This document shows, one piece after another, positions 1 through 11,776 of a DNA stretch of 64,000 bases; the stretch's first letter is position 1, and each line of letters opens with the position of its first letter. A program made the translations under genes and the position numbers. The stretch comes from Octopus sinensis (lineage: Eukaryota): the NCBI RefSeq assembly GCF_006345805.1, contig NC_042998.1, positions 172,050,001-172,114,000 of the forward strand, given 5' to 3'. The notes beneath the pieces are model-generated. The model was not told where the DNA came from and ran no database searches. It saw only the letters and a list, made by a program, of their open reading frames with translations.

Positions 1-29
1 ATCATAATGTGTTCTACTTCAAGAAGCCC

Positions 30-480
30 CTTAACAAAATAAAGGTAAAAAAATATCACCAGAGAATTTCTGCATACTGATGACTGCTCAGGGGCTGGTT
101 TTAATGCAATGTTGTTGATTTTTTCCACTACTCGTATAAATTTACTGAAGCAAGCGTACCCATCATCTACTTCTGATCTAATCTTAAAATGCACTGGGAA
201 AGACATTTAATGCAATGAAGATGTTCTCAAGGAAGCTAGAAGAACGATCTAAAGATTCGCTTAAGAATTCCTTGAGATAATTTGGCAAAAATTCTAATAG
301 TGAGAATATAGCAAGGTCCGAAAGAAATGGTACTACTTTATGTATAAAGGTTCCGTATGAAGTAAGGAAAAAGAATCGATGTAGCAGAGAAAACAGGCAA
401 AGAGATCAGTATTCGTTAGATGAATAGAAATTCACCAAAATATCTATTAGCAACAATAACACTTCAAAACAAAAATCATA
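30..480 (+). mobile_element. Highly degenerate RTE-like LINE fragment
   Basis: Manual translation gives ITREFLHTDDC (cf. RTE RELLFADDC) and KDSLKNSL near 255-275; many stops and frameshifts. Confidence 0.4.
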
Positions 481-1578
481 ATATTTGTTTCTCCTTTTTT
501 TAAAGCAGTGGCAAAACTAGAAATTCATTTGACTAGCCAGTAAATTTATTGAAAAGGGAGTAGCATCAACTAAAGCAACATTAGTATATTATTGTTAGTG
601 ATTTTATTCTAATCCCCAGTTGTGATATATCTGTTCTCATGAAATCAACAAATACAAGTAACAAACTGAACATTTTTGTTGATCCCAGAATTCTTCAATT
701 GGTCTCGTTGAAGGAGGTGAGTTAGTGAAGAGAAACAGTAGTTCCCCCAACATTACATTCGTCTGTCAATAATCCTTCTAAGTTCAACTCTATTTTTCGT
801 TCGTCAAAACCGAAGTCGACTTTATATTTCAGACATTCATCCAGTGTCTAAAATTGCCCATAAGATATTAATGTCAATTCAATCGACTACAACTATTTAC
901 ATGTCAGAAACTGATCTTGTGGTCTACGAGAGCAACCTACTTTATCGAAGGATGAAAGGCAAAGTCGATTCCGTAGGGGGTTTGAATTTAGAAGAGTGAA
1001 GCAGTGAAGAAGATAGCATAAAGCATCATGGTGGCTCATTCTACCGTCTGCACCATTTGCATTAATCTATAAAAAGGAAATATTTCGTCTCGGCTCAAGG
1101 CCAGTTCTATTATGGGAGGGGTATAATCTACTGAATTACAATCAGTGTGAACTACTGATACTCATTTTATCTACCCTAAAAAGATAAAAGGCAAAACCAG
1201 ATCATGTGGGATTGGAACTGAGATCAGTGGGTACTGAACTAGTTGCAGTAAAGGAGCCAGTTTGGCGCTTGCTTTGGCAGACTGGATTTTATATAAATGC
1301 ATAAGCCTGCGTCTTGTAACGCAGGTGTATAGTCGAAGTGTATATATTTGTAGTAGTAGTAGTAGTAGTAACAGCGTTTTCTTCTACGTCATAGTCTTAA
1401 TGGTGCTTATTTTGTTTTACAGTTGAAAGGTAAAGTCGACTCCAATGGGAGATTAACGTAGAAAATCTTAGAAGGGTGAGATTAGAAAATTCTTATCCAT
1501 TTAGCTCAGCGTTCTAGGACCACAACCTTTTCACTCACTGAAAATGATGATAGCCGTCAACTAATTCACTACTTCTCA

Positions 1579-1622
<44 letters not shown>

Positions 1623-2217
1623 ATATATATATATATATATATACATTTACATACATACTTATACATATATACGTGTGTATATGTGTGTGTATGTATGTTT
1701 GTGCGCCTGCGTGCGTGCGTGCGTGTATGCGCATATATGTATGTTTTTTTTTTCTTTTTTGGAGTGGGAAAAAGAAATTAGTAAGCGGTGTGAAGAATTT
1801 CTTTTTCCAGTGGTGTTTTGTTAGCGCAGAGTAAAACCAATTACATGGACCTGTCAAGAATATTCACTTCAGTAATTAATAGCCACACGCAGAGACGAAA
1901 GTTATACAAGAAGAAGGCGATTGTATAATTTCGAGAAAAAAGTGTAAAAGACGATAGAAAAAAAAACCCAGCCAAAGAAATTAAATACAGTAAAATACAG
2001 ACAGTGCAAAAATACACTAATATACCTATACATGTTTCTCTGAACACGTTCATTGTTTCGATTCAACACCGGTGCTTCATTTTGCTAAACTGTTGGCGCA
2101 TGAAGTTTTTAGATTTTATAAAAGCAGCCAACTTGCTCTCTGACTCTTTCAGTCTCTCTCTCTCTCACACACACATACTCACGCACACACACACACCCAC
2201 ATACATACATACATACA

Positions 2218-2252
<35 letters not shown>

Positions 2253-2254
2253 TA

Positions 2255-2285
<31 letters not shown>

Positions 2286-2287
<2 letters not shown>

Positions 2288-2437
2288 CTGTGTTTGTGTG
2301 TGTATGTGTATCTATCAACCACATTTCTAACGTAGGTGTTTATAGGGCACTTTTTCAAATTTGAACAATTTATCTTAGAGTTGAGTCGACATTTCGCGGC
2401 TGTTGACATTGTTCGCTACTCAGACTTCAACACACAT

Positions 2438-2487
<50 letters not shown>

Positions 2488-2738
2488 CTATTTATCTTTT
2501 ATACATAACAATTGCAGCGTGGAAGGTGTTCATAAGCCATTTAAGAAACACACAAAAACCGTTAGATTCACTTCAACATTTAATTTAATTGTCAAAATAT
2601 TTTCGTCGCTTTGAGACAGCGACCTGTTCACTGAGAAAATTCCGTGCTGCAATTGTTTTCGTTCCAGCACACGATCTCAGATCAGGTCAGTTGCTATGCA
2701 AGTACATCTCCGTAATATATATATATATATATTACGGA

Positions 2739-2816
<78 letters not shown>

Positions 2817-2969
2817 GTGTTTGTGTGTGTGTGTAGGTGTATCTATCAACCACAGTTCTAACGTAGGTGTTTATAGGGCACTTTTTCAAATTTGAACAAT
2901 TTATCTTAGAGTTGAGTCGACATTTCGCGGCTGTTGACATTGTTCGCTACTCAGACTTCACACACACAT

Positions 2970-3021
<52 letters not shown>

Positions 3022-3275
3022 CTATTTATCTTTATATACATAAACAATTGCAGCGTGGAAGGTGTTCATAAGCCATTTAAGAAACACACAAAAACCGTTA
3101 GATTCACTTCAACATTTAAATTTAATTTGTCAAAATATTTTCGTCGCTTTGAGACAGCGACCTGTTCACTGAGAAAATTCCGTGCTGCAATTGTTTTCGT
3201 TCCAGCACACGATCTCAGATCAGGTCAGTTGCTATGCAAGTACATCTCCGTAATATATATAATATATATTACGGA

Positions 3276-3340
<65 letters not shown>
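2286..3340. repeat. Near-identical tandem duplication, two units of ~525 bp
   Basis: CTATCAACCACA...GTACATCTCCGTAAT block occurs at ~2311-2716 and again at ~2843-3255; unit ends lie in (TA)n. Confidence 0.9.
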
Positions 3341-3346
<6 letters not shown>

Positions 3347-3512
3347 TATTAGAGTAGAAAATAGAGCTCGTTTACCCTTAGAATTACCTGATACCCGGCA
3401 GTATTATGGTATACTACCAATTCTAGGCTTAGGCATTCCTCATGTGTGAAAAAAAAAAAGGAAAGAATAGAGTCAAAAGGAAGAGGGAGTACGATTCGAC
3501 AGCTGTTTAATG

Positions 3513-3603
3513 ATCACTACATATGTTTCAATACAACATAGATCCACATATATGCAGGATTTAAATTTAAATAATAGGACCTAGTTGTATCTCTTCAGGT
3601 GAT
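3513..3603 (-). ncRNA. Type I hammerhead ribozyme (minimal stem III)
   Basis: Minus strand reads atcac-CTGAAGA-gatacaac...gttgtatt-GAAA-catat-GTA-gtgat. Stem I atcac/gtgat, stem II gatacaac/gttgtatt, palindromic CATATG at stem III. Confidence 0.75.
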
Positions 3604-3671
3604 ATAAACGGAGCAAGTTGGATTTGAGAGCATCGAAATCAAACACTTACTTACGGAGACAGCGATTTTAT

Positions 3672-3783
3672 ATCACCTGAAGGGATACAACTAGGTCTTA
3701 TTATACAGGTAAACCGTTACTTAATTTGATTTTAAATCGTGTATATATGTGGATCTATGTTGTATCGAAACATGTGTAGTGGT
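3672..3783 (+). ncRNA. Type I hammerhead ribozyme, one core substitution
   Basis: atcac-CTGAAGG-gatacaac...gttgtatc-GAAA-catgt-GTA-gtggt; the last core A is replaced by G. Confidence 0.6.
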
Positions 3784-4061
3784 CATTAAATAGCTGTGGA
3801 ATTGTACTCACTCTTCCTTTTTACTCTATTTATTCTTTCCTTTATATGTATGTATATATTTGTTTTGCAAGATTTTTGATGTGAAATCGTGTGTTGAAAC
3901 AGATAATATTGATTTTAGGAATGGCCATTTTGCCAGTTTAGCCGAAATAAGATTAAGATTAATGTAAAAAATAAATAACACTGAAGCAAAGTAACACCAA
4001 ATATATAGTGCGTGTGTTTTTATTGGCTAAACTGGCAAAATGACCATTCTAAATACAATAA

Positions 4062-4115
<54 letters not shown>

Positions 4116-4124
4116 TATATATAT

Positions 4125-4655
4125 AATATTGTTTGGCATCCTTGTCGTCTGGAGACAATGGAGTTGCGCATTTTTTTTTTTTTTCTAGGTCCAGTCCGCT
4201 GTTATATTTTATTTCCTGTTACATTTCTTGCTGTGGCTGTGTAGTCCTATCCTGGACAAACACTCCCTCTGGCAGGTACTGCAAATGTAGCGAAGACTGT
4301 TCCTGGCTGATTGTAGTGCCATGGTCTCTTGTTTATGTCTCTTCCTTTCTTTCCATTTCTCCTCTCTCTTTCTGTCACTCCTCTGTATACCCTCTTTTAC
4401 TGTACGTTGCCATTCTCCACGGTTGCCGGCGACTGCCTCCCAACCGCTAATGTTGATGTTGCAGGCCTTCATATCCCTTTTGCAAACATCCTTGTAACGC
4501 AAGATCGGTCTACCCACAGACCTAGTACCCCTAGCAAGCTCTCCGTAGAGTATGTCCTTGAGGATTCTGCCATCTTTCATACGGCTAACATGCCCGAGCC
4601 ATCTCATACGTCTTTGTGTGAGGAGTGCAAACATGCTTGGTATTCCTGCTTGCCT
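4125..4655 (-). mobile_element. RTE-clade LINE 3' fragment
   Basis: ORF 4209-4850 contains RRMRWLGHVSRM, ILYGELARGTRSVGRPILRYKD and a C-terminal C2H2 finger (CSTC...HSHSKKC), typical of RTE ORF C-termini. Confidence 0.85.
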
Positions 4656-4709
4656 AAAAAAAAAAAAAAAACTCGTAATAATATATATATATACTATATA
4701 TATATATAT

Positions 4710-4881
4710 AGCGGGACTCGCGGTAGTAGAATCGCGGTTTCGATTCCCAGACCGGGCGTTGTGAGTGTTTATTGAGCGAAAACACCTAAAGCTCCACGAG
4801 GCTCCGGCAGGGGATAGTGGCGCATTGTGACCAGCGATGTGTAGCAACATCTGATAGCCTGGTCGGTCACGGTCAGGGTGA

Positions 4882-4882
<1 letters not shown>
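4710..4882 (+). mobile_element. 5'-truncated tRNA-derived SINE (head shared with 47166-47547)
   Basis: GGTTTCGATTCCCAGACCGGGCGTTGTGAGTG...GAGGCTCCGGCAGGG is shared with the 47.2 kb copy; the tail differs. Confidence 0.75.
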
Positions 4883-4914
<32 letters not shown>

Positions 4915-5014
4915 GTATAAATTTAGATAAATAAGGATAAGATCGTTATTTAAAATGCCGATCATATCAAGTGTCTAGCATGGGAATAAAAACCTCATAG
5001 GTAATAATAGTTAT

Positions 5015-5273
5015 TAAAATTATAATCAAGGGTATCTTTTAGATACCGCCATGCTAGATATAGCAGCCAAAACTTGACTCTAGAACCACATTAAATGTTC
5101 ATACAGCACCAGGAAAGAAGACAGATAAAATAAACTACCCAAAAAATTTCTTTTGCTAGTTTATTTTGTCTCTTTGTCTTATCTCCTGGTGCTGTATAAA
5201 CATTTAATGTGGTTTTAGAGTCAAGTTTTGGCTGCTATTTCCAGCGTGATGGTATCTCTTAGATACTCTTAAT

Positions 5274-5283
<10 letters not shown>
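5015..5283. repeat. Fold-back element, ~120 bp inverted arms
   Basis: AGCAGCCAAAACTTGACTCTAGAACCACATTAAATGTTCATACAGCACCAGGA is mirrored by TCCTGGTGCTGTATAAACATTTAATGTGGTTTTAGAGTCAAGTTTTGGCTGCT. Confidence 0.8.
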
Positions 5284-5317
<34 letters not shown>

Positions 5318-5618
5318 TATATATATATGCATAATGTTTATGCATACATACACGTGTGTATGTACACACATGCACACACACATAAACATATGACTCTCAT
5401 AGATAATATTAACAAGAACATCAACTTTACTATGGGATATTGCAAGGATAAATTTTCCTTTTACATATAAAAAAGTAAAAACACAGAGTAGAATTCAGAG
5501 AGATGTATATTATAAACCAATTTACTTTTTATTTTATGTCACGGAAAGCACACGTATATTGATTAAAAAAATAATAATGAAATTATTGTATACAGTGCTC
5601 AGGTGCACCACAATGTGT

Positions 5619-5759
5619 AATCTAGTAAAACGAATATTCATCATTGAATCAAATCCAAACATCCGATAGAAACGACTAAATGAACTAAAAGATATTCTGA
5701 TTAATAGACGTCATCCACCATCGTTAATTATTAAAATAATCGAAAGAGTAGAGGCAATT
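5619..5759 (+). mobile_element. Penelope-like element RT C-terminal fragment
   Basis: Translates NLVKRIFIIESNPNIR*KRLNELKDILINRRHPPSLIIKIIERV, matching the PLE thumb pattern (RxxxI.S......L..L...L....YP...I...I). Confidence 0.55.
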
Positions 5760-6208
5760 GGGATCTTTTCGGTATGAACGGCAGTTTTTAACATAATTTC
5801 TAGGTAACTAAAAAAAGTTTAACTTCGTATACTGGTAGAATGTGTTTATAAAACATCTTTTTCTCTTGGCTTTATTGAGAAAATTCTATAGTTTGTAAGA
5901 TATTTGTTGTTTTTTTTCTTCAATTTCTGCAATTTCAACCAATCAGTGACGTCCATTGAGGTAAAAAACATTCTGTGCCGTATGGATATGTCCCTCGTTT
6001 AAGAAATAGATTGGGTTTATTTACATTTGTGAAGAAAAAAAGATACCCTTCCCCCACCCCTTACCCTAACCCTAATCCTAACTAACCCTAACTAACCCTA
6101 ACCTTAAAACAGGTTGAAATGCAATAGATCGATACTAGGGTCATAATTATGGGTGACAATTTCATATGACACTGCTAGAAAAACTGCCGTTCAAACCGAA
6201 AAGATCCC
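5760..6208. mobile_element. Non-autonomous DNA transposon (MITE) with internal (CCCTAA)-like repeats
   Basis: TIRs GGGATCTTTTCGGTATGAACGGCAGTTTT / AAAACTGCCGTTCAAACCGAAAAGATCCC, flanked by AATT on both sides; CCCTAA-like array ~6057-6106. Confidence 0.85.
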
Positions 6209-6465
6209 AATTTTCTAATATTTATAAAATAAATTTCCCCTTAAATTTTTGAATAATTAAAAGTACAAAAATTTACGTCTACTTAATTTGAATCGGATAA
6301 TATATACAATATTACAGCCCTTGTTACCTAGTGAGACTATAACGTGTTTACTTCCGGGTGATGCACTATAGCAAGACATTACCTGCGTACACGGCAATGA
6401 ATTCTTCTGTAAGAAGTAAAAACCGATTTCAAATCATAAGCTTTCATATAGTTTTGCAATTATGT

Positions 6466-7150
<685 letters not shown>

Positions 7151-7351
7151 AATTATTTGACTGGAATTCACCGCAAAAAAAAACGCTTCTCATTTCTTTG
7201 TTCAATCTCTCTCACTTGTATGGAATATGTATATATATATCTATATTATATATATATTATATATATATATATATATAATATGTAGGTCCCGGGTTGATTC
7301 GGGGTTAACCACAGTAAATAAGGTACTCAATACATAGCAGAGTAAAAAAAA

Positions 7352-7410
7352 GAGCTTCCTGAAGATTTCTCTTGAATGAAACAGTTCTAGTCCTAGTCCT
7401 GTAGAAGCTC
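7352..7410 (+). ncRNA. Type I hammerhead ribozyme
   Basis: gagcttc-CTGAAGA-t-ttc-tctt-gaa-t-GAAA-cag...ctg-TA-gaagctc. 7-bp perfect stem I, stem III ACAG/CTGT, GUA cleavage triplet. Confidence 0.8.
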
Positions 7411-7426
7411 CTTCTATATAATAAAT

Positions 7427-7494
<68 letters not shown>

Positions 7495-7544
7495 TATGCG
7501 TTAGATCCAAAAAGGGTGACGAGTGAAAATTCCGTAAATAATAA

Positions 7545-7860
7545 TAATTATAAGCGTTCACCGCGTATTGGCTCAAGAAAATAGTCTAATATTGGAGTAT
7601 GTAAGCCCTCGACTTGGTGAGGAGAAGCGGGTATTGGTACGTGTGAGAATCGAAACTACATCTCTTATATTCGCAATAAGTGCGCTGACCGATTGCACCA
7701 ATTTACCAACCAACCAACATCTTGCCCTTCGATTTAATAACTATAATTTCATACTGTTGCGTACTAATACCCACTTTTTCCGTCGTGGACTTATATGCCC
7801 CAGTATTAGATTATTTTCTTAAGCCAATACACGGTGAACGCTTAAGAGCTTATAATTATT
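7545..7860 (-). mobile_element. Fold-back element with central tRNA-like head on the minus strand
   Basis: Arms ~7545-7641 and ~7760-7860 are inverted. The centre (minus) reads TTGGTAAATTGGTGCAATCGGTCAGCGC...GTTTCGATTCTCACACGTACCAA, with A-box and B-box-like motifs and ttggta/taccaa pairing. Confidence 0.65.
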
Positions 7861-7865
7861 ATAAT

Positions 7866-8148
7866 ATATTTTATTGTGTCTGGGGAGAGTCATTCTCTTT
7901 TAGTGCCTTATTATTTAACACACTCACCGGTTCGATTTCCACTCATTTACTTATTTATTTTTTCTAAAATTTTGGTTGCGTCTTGCAACCTTTTCAATAG
8001 TCGTTACTACTGAAAAAGTTGCAAGACGCATATTGAAAATATTACAAAAACATAAATAAGTAATAAATGAGTGGAAATTGAATCGGTAAGTGTGTTAAAT
8101 AATAAGGCACTAAAAGAGAATGACTTTCCCCAGACACAATAAAATATG
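7866..8148. repeat. Fold-back element, ~135 bp inverted arms
   Basis: TTATTGTGTCTGGGGAGAGTCATTCTCTTTTAGTGCCTTATTATTTAACAC is mirrored by GTGTTAAATAATAAGGCACTAAAAGAGAATGACTTTCCCCAGACACAATAA. Confidence 0.85.
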
Positions 8149-8219
8149 CTTCATCACACGAACTCACATAAAGAATCTTGCAAATCAAATACAAAAACAA
8201 AATAGTATAGTCTATCTAT

Positions 8220-8320
<101 letters not shown>

Positions 8321-8390
8321 GTTAATCCAAACAAGAAAACACAGAAAAAAAGAGAAAAACACAGCAACGCAGGACGTGGAACAATTAAAG

Positions 8391-8456
<66 letters not shown>

Positions 8457-8520
8457 GGAGTAAACACATAAATGTGAAACAAGGTGGAAAAAAGAGTACT
8501 CAAATACCAGTGCTAGAGTA

Positions 8521-8675
8521 ATATGCTTTATTTTAAGCAGCAGAAAATTCAACAAAATCTGTTACTCGTGCCGTTCATCAGACAGTTTTTGCTAGCAAAA
8601 ACTGTCTGATGAACGGCAACGAGAAACTCAGATAACAGATTTGTTGAATTTTCTGCTGCTTAAAATAAAGTATAT
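8521..8675. mobile_element. Palindromic element centred on GCTAGC (8591-8596) with hammerhead motif
   Basis: CCGTTCATCAGACAGTTTTTGC|TAGCAAAAACTGTCTGATGAACGG. Plus arm: ctgt-CTGATGA(8606)-acggcaacga-GAAA(8623)-ctcaga-TA-acag. The minus arm has lost its GAAA segment. Confidence 0.7.
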
Positions 8676-8682
8676 ATATATA

Positions 8683-8858
8683 TATAAAATAATAAAAAGT
8701 GAAAAAACTACAGAAGGCTTGTTTTAAAAGGTTAAAAAATATATATTTGAGTCATATGTCAGAAGAATGTTATAAATTTTTTTCATACAAGACATAGTTT
8801 TTGAAGAAATGACCGAACAGCCTTCTGTAGTTTTTTCACTTTTTACTATTTTCTATAT
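8683..8858. repeat. Short fold-back element
   Basis: AAAAGTGAAAAAACTACAGAAGGCT / AGCCTTCTGTAGTTTTTTCACTTTT; adjacent TTGAAGA...GAAcagccttctgTA resembles a decayed hammerhead. Confidence 0.6.
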
Positions 8859-8925
8859 ATTCAACCACGTGCTTTCACACACCAACTTTCTCACTATATA
8901 AATATATATATAGATAATATATATA

Positions 8926-8956
<31 letters not shown>

Positions 8957-9475
8957 CGTTATATATTTATATATGTATATGTATATATATATATTATATA
9001 TATATATATATATATGTATACAAATATATACTTACATATTTATATATATGTGTATGTGTACACACGCGCACACACACGCACACACGCGCGCGCACACACA
9101 CATATACCACCCACAATACACACACGAATATATATTTATATGTATATTTCGTTGTATTTATAATGAATATTTAAGAGGTGTAAGAAACAAGATGGGAGAG
9201 AAAAAGAGAGGTGTGATTGAGAGTTTAACATTTATTGAAGTATAAAGCAGAAGCAGAAGAAATTTAGAGTTTCTGATGAGGTGGTGGCGTGTGCATATTT
9301 GCGTTGAGTGGCTAATTTCCAAGATAGAGAAAGGTTAGAGAGATAACGGTGACTATCACGACGGAATAATTCTTGCAATTAGAAAATTTGTGAAGTCATT
9401 AGTCAAAATCATTCGCTCAAAAAATACAAGTTATGTATTTAGAAAGTTGCAATGCTGTCAAATTATCGTTAATCA

Positions 9476-9887
9476 GGCGCAGGAGTGGCTGTGTGGTAAG
9501 TAGCCTGCTTACCAACCACATGGTTCCGGGTTCAGTCCCACTGCGTGGTACCTTGGGCAAGTGTCTTCTACTATAGCCTCGGGCCGACCAAACCCTTGTG
9601 AGTAGAGTTGGTAGACGGAAACTGAAAAGAAGCCCGTCGTATATATGTATATATGTATGTGTGTGTGTATATGTTTGTGTGTCTGTGTTTGTCCCCCAAC
9701 ATCGCTTGACAACCGACGCTGGTGTGTTTACGTCCCCGTAACGTAGAGGTTCGGCAAAAGTAACCGATAAAATAAGTACTAAGCTTACAAAGAATAAGTC
9801 CTGGGGTCGATTTGCTCGACTAAAAGGCGCTGCTCCAGCATGGCCGCAGTCAAATGACTGAAACAAGTAAAAAAGTAAAAGAGTAAA
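9476..9887 (+). mobile_element. tRNA-derived SINE family A, full length
   Basis: A box TGGCTGTGTGG, B-box-like GGTTCAGTCCC, CORE-like CCTTGGGCAAGT, internal (TA/TG)n, tail ending AAACAAGTAAAAAAGTAAAAGAGTAAA; multiple copies in the window. Confidence 0.85.
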
Positions 9888-9996
9888 GACTAGTCTGTTG
9901 GCCCGATAGTTTTGGCTATTCTCTTTCCAATTTTTCTGTTTTTCTTCCCATATTTTTATTTTATCTCCTTTCTTTTCTCTCTCTCTCTCTCCCCCC

Positions 9997-10028
<32 letters not shown>

Positions 10029-11738
10029 TTTGCTTTTAGTTAATCATTACTATTATTGTCATTTAGCTCCCAGTAATACTTGATCGTGTTTTTCTGTGAT
10101 GAAAAGCGGTTTGGAAGTACCTATACCGTCTTTTGCTCTCGTTATAGTGCATGTAGGACCACTATTACCAATATGTCCAACATCATTTAAATACGGCAGG
10201 ATGTATTTGGAAGAAGCCTGATGTTTCTTGGAGTTGGCAAACGACTTAGAAGTTTCCTCGTTGGCTCGTGAGGCGTCCAACTAACAAAGAAACTCTAGTA
10301 CTAACCCGCGAGAGTTCCCATACGCAGTTACTCGAACCCTTTAAGGTACCTTTACGCGATCACTTGAGCCCAGAGGATACCTCTTGGGGATCAACTGCAC
10401 CCACAAGAATATCTATATGGGATCATCTGGACTCACAAAAGTACTTCTGCTCGATCATTCAAACTCATAGGAGTATTTCTATGATGTTACTGGTGCAAGC
10501 GAGGGAATTTCTGTATAAAGCTGTGGCATGTATTTGTGTCTGTATATATTTTCCAAGTTGCTTCTAATTTATATTCATTGAATAAGAAATTTCACTGGGA
10601 TCTTCCTTCGCTTTGGATGATCAACATTCCATTTTAGGCTACGAAACGGCCTTTAAAATCAACTGATCTATCTATTCATTGAAATACAGTGTAAATGTCC
10701 AAGTATTTCAAACACTCGTCTACTCCAAACTTAATCCTTGGGTAGAACCAGGGTGATACAATTACTGTTACTATCCATCCGGCGAGCTTCTACACAATCT
10801 CCATCTAAATCAGTTTCGTTTACAAGGTTTGTATCACGCCGAGGCTACCGTAGAAAACATTTACCCGTGATAACAAGCGATGAAATCTCACCTAAGATCT
10901 CGTACTTACGAAGCGAAATTATTAACCACACAGCTATACTTGCATCCATTTATTGAATACCTGCAGAAGCACAAAATGTAGTTTACCACACTATTCAGCT
11001 TACCCATATAACACAAAGAAGCTAGGTACTATGCGGCTTATCTGCCCTTCAAATATTTGACTCAAGTCAACCATTAAATGTCATGTATTGTAAATAGTAA
11101 GCTCTCTAGCTTTATTTTAACCCAGAGATACATGCCTAAGAACATGACGATTGTATATTGAGTTGAGGTTTATCTGTTTATAGAATAATAAGCGTGAAGA
11201 ATTTATTTCCTATTTCCTTAGATGTCCTTTAGCACACTTTCTTTCAAATGGCGTTTAATGGACGTTTCTACGCCGGAATTACACCAATAAGAATTTTAGA
11301 GAGGGTACACTTATCTTAGTTTATGCATCTGTCATGATAATGAAACCACTTGCTTTTCCTTTTTAGATATATTGATATTGAAAAGACCAACATCATTAAA
11401 AAAGGTTGTAATTTAACCAGCTCGTGGCCGCCGTCTTCGTGTAAATATCATCGGAAGATTGAGGGACTATTAGTGATTGACATAGGACAGCAGCTTTTCT
11501 GTAAATCTGGCTCTAAAGGAACCGTACTTTTGGTCATTGAGGAGAGAGTTGAACTCAAAATGCTGGAGAATGTGATTGCTAATTAGTGTTTCTTTTTTAC
11601 ATTTGAGATATCCAAAGTAAGAATGAATAGATGCGGGAAGTTAGTAGGATCAGAGAAGTTACTCTTCTTGAGGATGGAACATACTGTAGCATATTTCCAA
11701 AGACCAAGATGGATCCCCAGAGAAAATGAGCGAGGAGA

Positions 11739-11776
<38 letters not shown>

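Larger units (their letters stand above)
3455..3845. mobile_element. Fold-back non-coding element with a hammerhead motif in each arm
   Basis: Left arm ~3455-3607 is the reverse complement of right arm ~3667-3845, with substitutions and one indel. Confidence 0.75.

Noticed and set aside
1576-3357. YI/HT/VC-rich ORFs here and throughout the window
   Set aside because: (TA)n, (CA)n and (CATA)n lack stops in some frames.
6057-6106. Interstitial telomere from chromosome fusion (also 50155-50188)
   Set aside because: Short, degenerate and enclosed within TIR-bounded elements.
9272-9300. Isolated CTGATGA heptamers (also near 17299, 23962, 33873)
   Set aside because: No properly placed stem II/GAAA/NUH/stem I; expected by chance.
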